The position numbers and the translations under genes are program-made. The notes beneath the pieces were generated by a model. The model was not told the origin of the DNA, did no database searches, and saw only the letters and a list, made by a program, of their open reading frames with translations. A stretch of DNA of 64,000 nt from Naegleria gruberi (lineage: Eukaryota): NCBI GenBank assembly GCA_000004985.1, contig GG738912.1; one strand, given 5' to 3'. Positions 54,302-64,000 of the stretch are shown piece by piece. Within the stretch, counting starts at the first letter, position 1. Every line of letters starts with the position of its first letter.

Positions 54302-55778
54302 ATGATGAAACATAAAATTGGATTCATGCTGAGGAGGAAATTAGCATCCTCACCCACGACTGTGGTTAGGAATTTACTTCCGAACAATAGCAAGAAATCA
54401 GTGATGAGGTTTTCAATTTTGGATGACAAATCTCCTTCAATATTAATTTCTATGAATATGAAGGCTTCGTATCATCGAAATATTAGAATGATGAACAATC
54501 AGAGACAGGAACAAGAGGAAGACTATTTTGAACACTATAGAAGACAATATCAAATTAATGAAGTTTTTGAAAATTATTATGATACCCAATCGGAAAGAGG
54601 AAAAAAAGAACACATGAACAGATTGCTGTGGTTCTTGATTGCATTCCCAGCCTTCTTCTTTGTATCATTACAGGCCTTTTTGGCTAGTGATGCTGTTAAT
54701 CATCAGGATTTGAAGAATGTTACAATAAGATTGGAAGAAGCAATACCAACTACTGTAGGAAATAGAGAGAATATTTCAGGAGATCGTTATGATGAGTCAT
54801 CCTCAATGCAACAACAAGAAAAAGCAGAGGTGATTAAAGGACCAATTTTGGACGTTCCTAATGATAATTATTTACAAAAATTATCAAAAGATGTAAGAAG
54901 ATATCCAGTTATTTGGGGAATTATTGGATTGAATTGTGCCATGATGCTTATGGTAAAAGGATTCAAAAGATCGCCAAGATTCCACGATTTTTATTCGAAA
55001 CATTTGACTGTTTCAGTACATAATTTATTGAAGAGAAGATATCATACCTTGTTAACCTCCACTTTTGTACATGGTGATTGGCTTCACTTAGGTTTTTGCA
55101 TGTATGGCCTTTACAATATGGGATCTCTTACCTATGATTTGATGGGACCTACAACATTTTTGCTTTTTTATTTAGGTGCTGGTATGACTGCATCAATGGG
55201 TAGTTCCTTACTCAAATTAATAACAAAGAATTATTATCAGAGATCTGTTGGTTCAAGTGGAAGTATTTTCGCAATTGTTTTTGCTGGCCTTAATGTTATT
55301 ACATTTGAGAAGGCCAAAATGAATTTAATTTTCCTTCCAGATAGTTGGGGAGGTTTCAATGCCACCTACTTTTTACCATTATATTTTGTTGGTGAAATTC
55401 TTTATAATATCTTCTCGAGAAGAGTCAAATTGGATACAGGTAAGTTTTCATACTTTTCACGTTATTGAACTCTACAAAGGTGGTCACTTGAGCGGAGCTT
55501 TGGCTGGATATTTAGCATTGGAAGCAATGAAAAATCAATCTTATCACAAGCAAACCAGAAAAGTGGAATTTAGTGGAAGAAATACTTATTATTTGGGTGA
55601 AGTTAAAGATTTAAAAAAGAATGGAGCTGGTGCCTTAATTGGAGGAAATATGTCATATGTTGGTAATTTCAAAGATGGAAATCCAGAAGGTCAAGGAATT
55701 GTTATTGTAAATACAAACGAAGGAACAAAAGCTATTAAAGGTATCTTTAAGAATGGAAACTTTACACCAACCAAATAA
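54302..55778 (+). CDS. rhomboid-family intramembrane serine protease (PARL/Pcp1-like) with C-terminal MORN repeats, 2 exons
   Basis: Exon 1 is 54302-55439 and exon 2 is 55480-55778, with a 40-nt GTAAGT..AAG intron. The GxSG catalytic serine (VGSSGSIFAIVFAG) is in exon 1. The catalytic histidine lies across the splice junction (…KLDT|GGHLSGALAGYL). The C-terminal tail has YYLGEVKDLKKNGAGALIGGNMSYVGNFKDGNPEGQGIV, which is MORN-like. The N-terminus is basic and presequence-like. Confidence 0.7.
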
Positions 55779-56590
55779 ATCGTTGCAAAATTTAGAAGGA
55801 TTACACGTTAAACCAAATGAAATCTTTGTTGGCTAATTCTGTTTCCTTATTTTCAGTGTCTAAGTATTGCAGTTTTCTCACAAATATTTAAAAAAATGGA
55901 AGACAGCGATAGTGGTACGTTGCATGGTTCAACATTGATAGTAACATTAAAGACTGCAAAACACCTTTCAAGCTCACGGAAACTTTGTTAAATAATGACT
56001 ATTTGAAAGAGATTGAATATTATTAAACAAAGAATCGAACCTAGTTTCTGTGCAAGATAAGGTTGTTGAGGATTTAGACAAACTCTCCACCATTTTAGGT
56101 TGCTCCAAACAAGAGGCATTCAATAGAATGGTGTTAGCTATGAGAATATTACCTTTTCATTATTGAATTGCTCTATTTTTAATGAAGACCAACACAAGGG
56201 AAGCCAACACTTGTTGGAGTATGCCAAACAACCATCCCAAGAGAATCTGAACATTGTTTTGAGTTATTACAAACTAAAGACTGATTACAAGTCGTTTATA
56301 TTGAGAGCTCTAGATCCTCTCCAACTTGAAATATATGAGGAAACCACAAAATTACCAAAAACTACAACCCATTTTAGTCCACTTTTCGATCTTGCAGCAC
56401 TTTCATCGTGCAACAATCTGTTGGTGAATAGCAATAAGCAAATTCCAGGTTTACTCAACAAACATACAGCAATCTTTAACAGAACTACAAGTGGATGCTG
56501 TCCTAGTTCAACAATACAATGAAAAGCTTCTTTTAAAGATAATAAGGGAAGACAACAAAGATAGATTTATGAATCATCTTAATTTTTATC

Positions 56591-57265
56591 ATGCGATTAG
56601 CATTATCTAGAAAGGTGAGAGAACTAGTTAAAAGAGACCTTAAACCAGAAATACACAATAATCTATTCGTTTTGGGAATGACAACAGATAGAGAAGTGAC
56701 CAAAACCATTGGAAACAAAAGTTCAAATGGATCCCTCTCTACATTTTTCCTTCAAAGAAAAAGCAAAAGATGTTACTTCCAGTACAACTGATTCACTGTG
56801 GAAAGGAGTTTTAGAGAAAGATCTTGGTAAATCATGGAATGCTTATGCAAAAAAATCTCAACAGGCAGTAATGACATTAAAATCACTCAACTACCCTTTC
56901 TCACACTTTATATCGCTATGTTACCTACTCTAGAAGGCGAGCCAGTTACCAAGTTCAAAAATAAGGAAGAAGCTATCATTGATCTGGTTCAGTTAGTGTT
57001 ACTGGGTATATGCAAAACTATTCATAACGATATCAAACCCGATAATGTGGTCAAATATGATGGTCATTTCTTTTTGATTGATTATGGCATCTCATTACTC
57101 TACCACTCTTTCAATGGAAATCAATGTTTTGATAAGGAACTTAAACCAATCAAATCCAAATCTGTACTCACCACTCCTCTTTATGATTCCCCTGAAAAGG
57201 CAAAGGATGGATGTGTTTCTCCAAAAAGTGATTTGTATTCTTTAGGAGTCTATTTCTTCTATTGA
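56591..57265 (+). pseudogene. protein-kinase-like remnants (degenerate catalytic-loop fragments)
   Basis: Two fragments are kinase-like: LVKRDLKPEIHNNLFVLG, and IHNDIKPDNVVKYDGHFFLIDYGIS…PEKAKDGCVSPKSDLYSLGV. The catalytic HRD is replaced by HND, DFG by DYG, and the ORF stops right after subdomain IX. The surrounding ORFs are short and lie in different frames. Confidence 0.3.
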
Positions 57266-57394
57266 TTTGTCTTTAGTCTAACCAACTTGGTGAGGTCATT
57301 AAAAGAGACTCCAACAAATGACTAAACCAGTACTGGAAGAATAAACTAATTTACAAAATTGTTTTTTTACTAAAATTACAAAAAAGGATAATAT

Positions 57395-57754
57395 TTAAAT
57401 AACACCCTTATACTTCATATCAGAGGCACAAATGTGAGTAATCAACCATTGCTTAATAAATTGCATTTCAGCATCTCCAACACTTGTCAATGCCAAAGCA
57501 TCCTGAACAAACTTATCATGAGTTTCCTTATGAGAGGCAGATTCAGACCAACCAGCCTTAGCAAACAAATCTTCTTCAGTCTTGAAGTGGAAAACAACGT
57601 AATCTAATAATTCCTTCAATGTTGTGCCACAACTTCTCTTGGCATCTAAGGCATTGATGAGAGTGAAGAGTTTCTTGTGTTGTTCGTTTAATTCAGCATT
57701 GCCAATATCGAGAGTGGTTGACCATTCGTATGGAGTTGGGATTGGATAGGACAT
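57395..57754 (-). CDS. hemerythrin-like (HHE cation-binding) protein
   Basis: 119 aa, ATG at 57754. W…LDIGNAELNEQHKKLFTLINAL…LLDYVVFHFKTEEDLFAKAGW…HKETHDKFV matches the spacing of the His/Glu iron ligands in bacterial-type single-domain hemerythrins. Confidence 0.7.
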   Translation of the reverse strand: MSYPIPTPYEWSTTLDIGNAELNEQHKKLFTLINALDAKRSCGTTLKELLDYVVFHFKTEEDLFAKAGWSESASHKETHDKFVQDALALTSVGDAEMQFIKQWLITHICASDMKYKGVI

Positions 57755-58049
57755 GTTTGTTGTATTTGTTTTTGTTTTTGTTTGTGAAAAAGTGATGTTA
57801 GCAACTAGAATTGATTGCTATTTATTTGAAAATAGTGACATGTGTCAGTGACATTTTTGTAATGTTAAAAATATGAACTTTTTTGGAGATTTTTAAGTTT
57901 GTACAAAATTGTCGTAATAAATTAATGGCGTTTGGCGTGTTGTTAAGAAACGCCACGTCAACCATTGTTTACAATTAATTTGAATGTTCACACAAAGAAT
58001 TTACAACAATCAATTTATAAAAGAGCAGAATGAAAGTATAGGTGTGAAA

Positions 58050-59111
58050 TCATTTAATTCTTGCAAGAATATATTCATGACAATAGAATAGTTCACCACT
58101 TTTTTGATAAATTACTGGAGAACAATAATAATGCTTTGAAAGGTAACCCATTAGAGGCTCGTTCTTTGGTTGACTATTTGGTGGAACTTGAAATGTTTTT
58201 ACCAATTTTCCATCCCAATTGACCACACTGAAATGTCCAACTCCTTCACAAAGAATGATTTGTCTAGAAAATTCATCAACTCTGATTAATGTTCCATATT
58301 TTGGTTCAAAATCGAGTTTTGCCTTGTGTGTAATTTTCAAAGTTTTCAATTCAATCCAACACAATTCATTTTGGTTATTGAGATAAATTATTCTATCATT
58401 TTCTGATAAAATTGTTCCGTCCTGAATTGATTTGATATTGAGTTGCATTTCTTTCTCATTAGAGTCAATCTTAATTAAACTTCCATCAATTATTGAATAG
58501 TAGGCAAAATGAGATCCATCACACAACATGAGTGTGAAATTCTCTTCCATTTTCACAATATTCAAAGTCGTTCCCTTATATATTTCTCTATTATTATTGA
58601 TATGACTTGAAACTTTCCAAATTGGTTGAGGAGTTTCAGGAGGACTCTTAACAAATGTGAAAAAACTTGTATTTGGCTTGAAATTGAAAATACTTTCCAG
58701 ATCATATTTGTATAAATTGAAATCATACTCAAAAAGATACAAATCAGTGCCAATTCTTGAATCATCTATTTGAGAAAATGCAGCACAAAGCACATTTCCA
58801 CTTCCCAACCTCACAACCTTGATTAATAGGTTGGTTTTGAGATCAACAAATGCAATTGTAATTTTTCCCTGCAAGCTGATCAATAGAATAATCCATGAAA
58901 ATTGTGGACACACTCCGATATGATAGGATGGATATGGGCTACTCCTTGATGGTGCAATTCTGGCATAAGCTCTGAATGATTTAATTGTGTGGTAGGATTG
59001 AAAAGTTAGTGTTGGATTGTAGGATTTCAAGTTGATATGGTTGGAGAAGAGTTGGAAGAGATTGGTGGGAGTTGGAAAATTAAAGGAGAGATCTTGGAAG
59101 GAGTGTGACAT
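58050..59111 (-). CDS. hypothetical protein (beta-rich, possible propeller)
   Basis: 353-aa ORF from ATG 59111. Coding-like composition. I recognise no motif. Confidence 0.35.
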   Translation of the reverse strand: MSHSFQDLSFNFPTPTNLFQLFSNHINLKSYNPTLTFQSYHTIKSFRAYARIAPSRSSPYPSYHIGVCPQFSWIILLISLQGKITIAFVDLKTNLLIKVVRLGSGNVLCAAFSQIDDSRIGTDLYLFEYDFNLYKYDLESIFNFKPNTSFFTFVKSPPETPQPIWKVSSHINNNREIYKGTTLNIVKMEENFTLMLCDGSHFAYYSIIDGSLIKIDSNEKEMQLNIKSIQDGTILSENDRIIYLNNQNELCWIELKTLKITHKAKLDFEPKYGTLIRVDEFSRQIILCEGVGHFSVVNWDGKLVKTFQVPPNSQPKNEPLMGYLSKHYYCSPVIYQKSGELFYCHEYILARIK

Positions 59112-59291
59112 TTTTTTTATTTGTAAATTGAAGAGTTATGATAAGTTCATATTGTAAAGAAGTTGATGTAACCACAGTTTGTAATGAAGGATTTAATGAA
59201 TTGCATGGTTATTGAAACATAGATTGTTGTAAAACTAACAACGTAGTGATTACCTTAACAAGTACATATCCTTAATGTTCATTAATGTGTC

Positions 59292-59364
59292 GGGGTCTTG
59301 GCGCAGTCGGTAGCGCGTAGGTCTCATAATCCTAAGGTCGTGAGTTCGATCCTCACAGACCCCA
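59292..59364 (+). tRNA. tRNA-Met(CAU): tRNA-Met (anticodon CAU), elongator type
   Basis: 73 nt. The acceptor stem GGGGTCT/AGACCCC is 7 bp, the D stem is GCGC/GCGC, the anticodon loop is CTCATAA, the variable loop is 5 nt, and the T stem GTGAG/CTCAC carries a TTCGATC loop. The discriminator is A. G1:C72 and T54 argue against an initiator tRNA. Confidence 0.85.
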
Positions 59365-59366
59365 TC

Positions 59367-59371
59367 TTTTT
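59367..59371 (+). terminator. Pol III oligo-T terminator for the tRNA
   Basis: A TTTTT run lies 2 nt after the tRNA 3' end. Confidence 0.5.
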
Positions 59372-59778
59372 GAGTTATTAAAAAAGCAAGGAAAATTCCT
59401 GTTAACTTTTTGTAAATTCTCATACGTGTCAATGATTATTAACCTTGGAGCTCCACCAAAGCCCGACTCGTTCTCCAACAGTCCAATTCAAACCCAATAC
59501 CAGAAATTCACAACACCCGGAATATTATCTTGTAATTTCTTCACATACGCTTGTATCTTTATTTTAACAGCACAACTTCAATCAAATTATGAACCTACCC
59601 AAAAACCAAACTCTCCACCAAAAACCAAACATCAATTAATCTCTCTCACCATTCAGAATTGATAACTGTGTTTATTTCTCTTCGGGCATGCCACATTGCT
59701 TTCTGATGATGACGACATGGAAATTCAAAGCCTTTCAGAAAAAAGAAGGAAAAAAAATTTATTAGCAGGAAGAAAAAA

Positions 59779-61649
59779 ATGTCAACAGGCTCGCCATCAT
59801 CACCATCTTCGCCGCAAAAATCATCGCCATCCAATGATGGTGATAAGAAGAGTGTAAATAAGGAGGAAGAAGCTATTGGTATTTGTACAACTACTAAAGA
59901 GAGATTTAATGTTCCTCTCACTTATGATTGCACTGACGTTTTTGTTACTCCTCAAAAGTGGACTGAATGGCCAGTTATTATTGAATTGCTCCTTATCTTC
60001 TTCTATAGTGCCACTTATCTGTTAGGAATTCTTCCAAAATGGGTATGTTTTATAATGATGAAAATTAAATATTCACCAAATTTCGTGATGAATAGTTCTT
60101 CCTGGTAAATTATATCTTTTGGAGATTGGCTTATAACTGTGGTTTAGGATATATTCTTTCAACACAATCCAACGGAAAACATTTCACTAAATTGGTTCAA
60201 AATTTAATCAAAACTCACAAACCAATGTTAGAAAGTAACTTGTCACTCAGAGGTAAAAACGGTGTTGTTAAACATGAAAAGTATCGTATTGATGATTATC
60301 CTTTGGATTTTACTGCTTGGATGGTTTATCGTGCTGTTGTTGATGTTATTTTGAGTAGTGATTTGGCTGGTTATATTGTTTTCTGTGTTGCCTATTTTGA
60401 ACTCCCAACAACATTTGGTCTCTATGAATTTATTTCCTATGGTATTGGTATTTCCTTGTGTCTTTTCAACTTGTGGGCTAAATCCGATGCTCATCGTGTT
60501 TTGGGTGACTATGCTTGGTATTGGGGAGATTTCTTCTTCTTGTTGGATAAGAATTTAGTTTTTGATGGTATTTTCCAAATGTTCCCTCATCCAATGTACA
60601 GTGTTGGTTATAGTTTCTATTATGGTGTTTCTATCATGTCTAGATCTCACACAGTTTTAGTTGTTTCTTTCTGTGCTCACATGTTGCAATTGATTTTCCT
60701 AGTATTCGTTGAAAATCCACACATTGAAAAGATTTACGGTGGAATGAGTTCTGAAACCAATCAAACTTCAGAACGTGAACCAATCTTCTTCAAGAATTTG
60801 GAACCATTCAAGAATCCTGATGATTTATTCTTGGTTGTTATTATTTGTTATGCCATGTTTACATCTTTGACAGCATCATTCACTACAGCTGTTGGTCATG
60901 CTGTTTTGTGGAGATTGATTCATCATGTCGGAATGGGATATATTCTTTACGGTCAAGCTAAGAATCAAGCATTTACAAAGAGATTCACAAAGTTAGGCGG
61001 TACAAGTCAACAAGCTTTCACATTCTTTAAGAAGTTATATAATTTCTCTCTCACTATTAATCACGTCATTATGGTTACACTCACTGCTAAGATCTTTATT
61101 ACTACATTCATTTGGTCAGGTTTCGTTGCTGCTGATGGTGCTTCTGATTATCACTTTGAAGGTTTCTCTCAATTGTTGTCATGGCAATATGCTACTCAAT
61201 TGGTTGCTGGTATTATCTTGATTCTCCTCAACATTTATCAATCTACTTCTACTCATGAAGTTTTGGGAGATCATGGTTGGTTCTATGGAGACTTTTTCTA
61301 TACTGAAACAAATCAAAACAAACAGCCATCATATACTGGTATTTACAGATACTTGAACAATCCTGAAATTGTTCTTGGTTATTGTGCCTATTTTGGTTTG
61401 GCTCTCATTTCCAAGTCATATGCCGTATTAGGATTGGCCATTTTGTCTCAATTTGCCACATATCTTTTCGTCAAGTTTGTTGAAAAGCCACACATGGACA
61501 AGATTTACGGAGCTAAGAATTTGAGAGAAAAGGGTGGTATTGAAATGGAATTATCTCGAGTTACTTCCCATCCAAAGATTGCTGCTTTGAATGAACGACT
61601 TGATGAAAACATCTCTAAGGTCAAGAAACTTTTACTGAAACAAGACTAA
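59779..61649 (+). CDS. CHO2: phosphatidylethanolamine N-methyltransferase, CHO2-like (two PEMT-type domains), 2 exons
   Basis: Exon 1 is 59779-60042 and exon 2 is 60096-61649, with a 53-nt GTATGT..ATAG intron; the in-frame TAG just before the acceptor is removed by splicing. The first domain shows KSDAHRVLGDYAWYWGDFFF…FPHPMYSVGY…VENPHIEKIYG. The second shows HEVLGDHGWFYGDFFY…TGIYRYLNNPEIVLGY…VEKPHMDKIYG. The protein is multi-TM. Confidence 0.7.
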
Positions 61650-61704
61650 ACCGAGGAAAACAAACACTTTAATTTAATAAATAAAAAATTTTGAAAAAAA
61701 GTAT

Positions 61705-64000
61705 TTACTTGTGTGAAAGCTTTTTAGACAAACGATCAACTTCATCACCAAGCACAGAAACATGTTTCTGTAGTGTAATGTTGTGAAGTAGTGTGTCTTG
61801 CATTACTTGTTGCATGTGTTTGTAGGCCTCCATAGAAATAATGTGGTCACTTCCAGATATACTCACATTGTTAGGATTATTTGTATTATTTGAGCCTGAA
61901 AAGAAGGAAGAAAAGATACTTCTACTATTAACTTTTTCTTGCTCTGGAGAGGTAAATCTACCGAGTGGTATTTGAGAATAAAAATGTTCCAATAATGTTT
62001 GTTTCTTTTCCAAATCGTCCACAAGAATCAATTGTCTATCATTAATTAACCTATTTTTCTCTGATAAATCCCAGTTGGTTTGTTGAAGCTGCCCAACTCT
62101 TTCTAATAATACAGTATTATCGTTCTCTAATTGCTTTAGCAATAGTTCATTTTCAGCATCCTTTGCTGTGTTGGTTGTAAGTCGAGATGGCGACTCATCA
62201 CCACTTGGTGTTCTAGGAGTGCGAGGAGTGGATGGGGTTGCTGACATTTTTGGAGTGCTTGGTTTGAGCAATTCTTCTAATTGTTTTTTGAGATCTGAAT
62301 TTAGATTCTTAACCTTCCTCAATTGCAATTGGAATTCTATCTTTTCATCAGCATATTTCTGTTTTAATACTTCATATTCTACAGACATTTCTGTCATGTC
62401 ATTTGCTTGCTTTTGGGCAATTTCACTTCTATACTTGTAGTTAGCCACACTAACATTGTTGAATATATCATTCACAAAATTTCTGATAAATTCCTTGGAC
62501 ATCTTTTCTAATTCATTATTGAGTTTTTCAATAATCTTTGAAAGTGCCTTGATATTTTGGTCTTTTTCAGAATTTGATTCTTCTAATTTTGTCTTTTCAA
62601 TTTGCAAGTTGTGTATCTGTTCATCTAACTTGTTATTTAATGAGTTCAATTCCACATTCTTTACCTTGATGGTGTCAAATCTTCTTTCAAAATCAGAGTA
62701 ATCTTGCTTGAGCTTTTCCAATTGTTGTTTTGTTTCATCATAGAGCTTTCCCTTTTCTATAATTGGTTCATTATTCTTGAGAATCTTTTGTAACTCGATT
62801 GAGTCCTTCTTGAATTGCTCTCTTTGTTGGTTGGATTGGTTTAATTGATTTTCTAATCCAATGATCTTTTCCTTGTATTGATATTCAACTTTTTCAAATT
62901 GAGAAATAAGTTTTTCGGTTTGTTCCTTCTTATCCTGAACATTCAGTTGTAATTCTACAAATGCTTCTTGCTTCTTTGTGAATTTATCCTTCCATGAGGC
63001 TAATTGTGACTGAGTTTGTTCAAGTTGGAGGGCATATTGTTTAGACTCATTCTTTGATTGATCCAGTTCCTTTTTGTAAATTTCATTCTCGATTTTAAAT
63101 TGTTCTGTTTGATTGGTAAAGTTGATGTTGAGTGCTTGATGCTCTTTTCTTAGACTTGACATTTGAACACTAAAATCCTCAATTTGAGTGTTAAGATTGA
63201 GCTTGTCGTTTTCCAATTTTTTGATAGCATCTTCCAACTGTTGAACCTGATTAGCAGATAATTGAATAGTATTTTTCATTTGTAAGTTTTCATCTAAATT
63301 GATTCTAAGTTTTTCCTTCAAATCGTCAACACTTTCCTTCAATTGAGAGATTGTTTTCACATGTTCTTGAATGTCGGTTTCATGTTGTTGAATTGTTAAA
63401 TTTTTCTCTTGTATGGTTACAGTACTACTTTGCAATTGTGATTGCAATTGTTGTGTTTGTTGCAAAAATTGTTGTTGAATAATTTGTAATTGTTGAATCT
63501 TTTGAACATGTTGTTGGGCTTGTTGGGTTAATTCATGATTCAAGCTTTCCAATTCAGTTATCTTTTTCAATAATTCAGGAGAATCAACTTCCTTCTTTAC
63601 ATTTTGTTCTTCGGATTGCTTTTCTTCTGTTTGTTGTTGATCAACAGTTTCTGAGGTGGTTGCTTCAGGAGTTTCAGATTGGGAAGTTTCTTCTTCCTTC
63701 TTTTCTGATTCAACAGGTTCAGTGGCAATTTCTTGATTCTCTAGGTTGTTTGATTCAGTTTCTGTTTTCTCCTCAACTGGTTTTGTTTCAATATTTACAT
63801 CAGTGTTTGGTTCTACATTACAGAAATTTGGAACAGTCAATGTTTTGATTGTTTGGTTTTGTAATTCTATTTGATGATTTAATCTTTCAATCTCATTCGT
63901 CTTTTCTACATTTTGTTGTTTTACAATTTTTAATTCATTCAAACATTCATTTCTTTCCTTCTCCAGAGATTCTCTTTCATTAAAGATATTCTTTAAATTC
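61705..64000 (-). CDS. long coiled-coil protein (golgin/myosin-tail-like), N-terminus beyond the window
   Basis: Stop at 61705. The frame stays open past position 64000, so the track's M at 63942 is a TTG inside the ORF. The sequence is heptad-rich in Q/E/K/L throughout, with a short Ser/Pro segment (TPKMSATPSTPRTPRTPSGDESPS). Confidence 0.5.
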   Translation of the reverse strand, partial: NLKNIFNERESLEKERNECLNELKIVKQQNVEKTNEIERLNHQIELQNQTIKTLTVPNFCNVEPNTDVNIETKPVEEKTETESNNLENQEIATEPVESEKKEEETSQSETPEATTSETVDQQQTEEKQSEEQNVKKEVDSPELLKKITELESLNHELTQQAQQHVQKIQQLQIIQQQFLQQTQQLQSQLQSSTVTIQEKNLTIQQHETDIQEHVKTISQLKESVDDLKEKLRINLDENLQMKNTIQLSANQVQQLEDAIKKLENDKLNLNTQIEDFSVQMSSLRKEHQALNINFTNQTEQFKIENEIYKKELDQSKNESKQYALQLEQTQSQLASWKDKFTKKQEAFVELQLNVQDKKEQTEKLISQFEKVEYQYKEKIIGLENQLNQSNQQREQFKKDSIELQKILKNNEPIIEKGKLYDETKQQLEKLKQDYSDFERRFDTIKVKNVELNSLNNKLDEQIHNLQIEKTKLEESNSEKDQNIKALSKIIEKLNNELEKMSKEFIRNFVNDIFNNVSVANYKYRSEIAQKQANDMTEMSVEYEVLKQKYADEKIEFQLQLRKVKNLNSDLKKQLEELLKPSTPKMSATPSTPRTPRTPSGDESPSRLTTNTAKDAENELLLKQLENDNTVLLERVGQLQQTNWDLSEKNRLINDRQLILVDDLEKKQTLLEHFYSQIPLGRFTSPEQEKVNSRSIFSSFFSGSNNTNNPNNVSISGSDHIISMEAYKHMQQVMQDTLLHNITLQKHVSVLGDEVDRLSKKLSHK

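Noticed and set aside
55900-56522. ORF 56163-56522 as an N-lobe of the kinase-like gene
   Set aside because: There is no glycine loop or VAIK-type lysine motif. The sequence is unrecognisable, so I left it unannotated.
59292-59364. Initiator tRNA-Met
   Set aside because: G1:C72 rather than A1:U72, and T54 rather than A54, together with a normal T-loop, fit an elongator tRNA.
1-64000. Prokaryotic interpretation (operons, defence islands, RBS)
   Set aside because: Spliceosomal introns are needed to restore conserved motifs (P450 heme loop, rhomboid catalytic His, Zn2Cys6 clusters, G-beta). There are also eukaryote-specific families (eL6, G-beta, RGS, BTB, F-box, RDR polymerase) and a eukaryotic-type tRNA. 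These rule out a bacterial origin.

Overview
The window is AT-rich eukaryotic nuclear DNA (about 30% GC, judged by eye). It is not prokaryotic and there is no operon or CRISPR structure. I count roughly 34 protein-coding genes on both strands and one tRNA. Many genes carry very short spliceosomal introns (about 40-120 nt) with GT(A/T)(A/G)GT donors and AG acceptors. Intergenic spacers are usually 300-900 bp, with a few striking exceptions. The products are a typical eukaryotic mix:
- G-beta subunit and an RGS-domain protein
- three fungal-type Zn2Cys6 transcription factors, two of them recent paralogs
- two B-box/beta-propeller genes
- a cellular RNA-dependent RNA polymerase fused to Sel1 repeats
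- RI-like leucine-rich-repeat (LRR) proteins with F-box-like N-termini
- BTB and F-box/LRR proteins
- ribosomal protein eL6, a ceramide synthase, a BioY transporter, a cytochrome P450 and a CHO2-like phospholipid methyltransferase
- a rhomboid protease with MORN repeats, a hemerythrin, two divergent Hsp70-fold proteins and several coiled-coil proteins

Poly-Q/N/S tracts are common. The overall picture (Zn2Cys6 factors, Sel1/BTB/LRR/kinase-like expansions, short introns) suggests an early-diverging fungus of the Glomeromycotina type. The PBZ fingers, hemerythrin and an interaptin-like gene would equally fit an amoebozoan, so I cannot fix the lineage from sequence alone.

The observations most worth following up are:
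- a tight cluster of three PBZ-finger genes at 14726-19100, in which PBZ fingers are fused to an EEP nuclease and to a CCA-adding-type nucleotidyltransferase, with spacers of only 33 and 67 bp
- the RdRP-Sel1 fusion
- an interaptin/nesprin-like gene encoding an actin-binding domain, a long coiled coil and a C-terminal membrane anchor
- a 72-bp tandem LRR-coding repeat array with frame breaks
- a duplicated Zn2Cys6 / B-box gene module

Several genes show single-base frame breaks in homopolymer runs. These could be pseudogenes or assembly indel errors.

The supplied ORF track renders GTG/TTG starts as M, so many ORF 5' ends are over-extended. I re-derived ATG starts and exon boundaries by hand where I could, and those coordinates may be off by a base or two.
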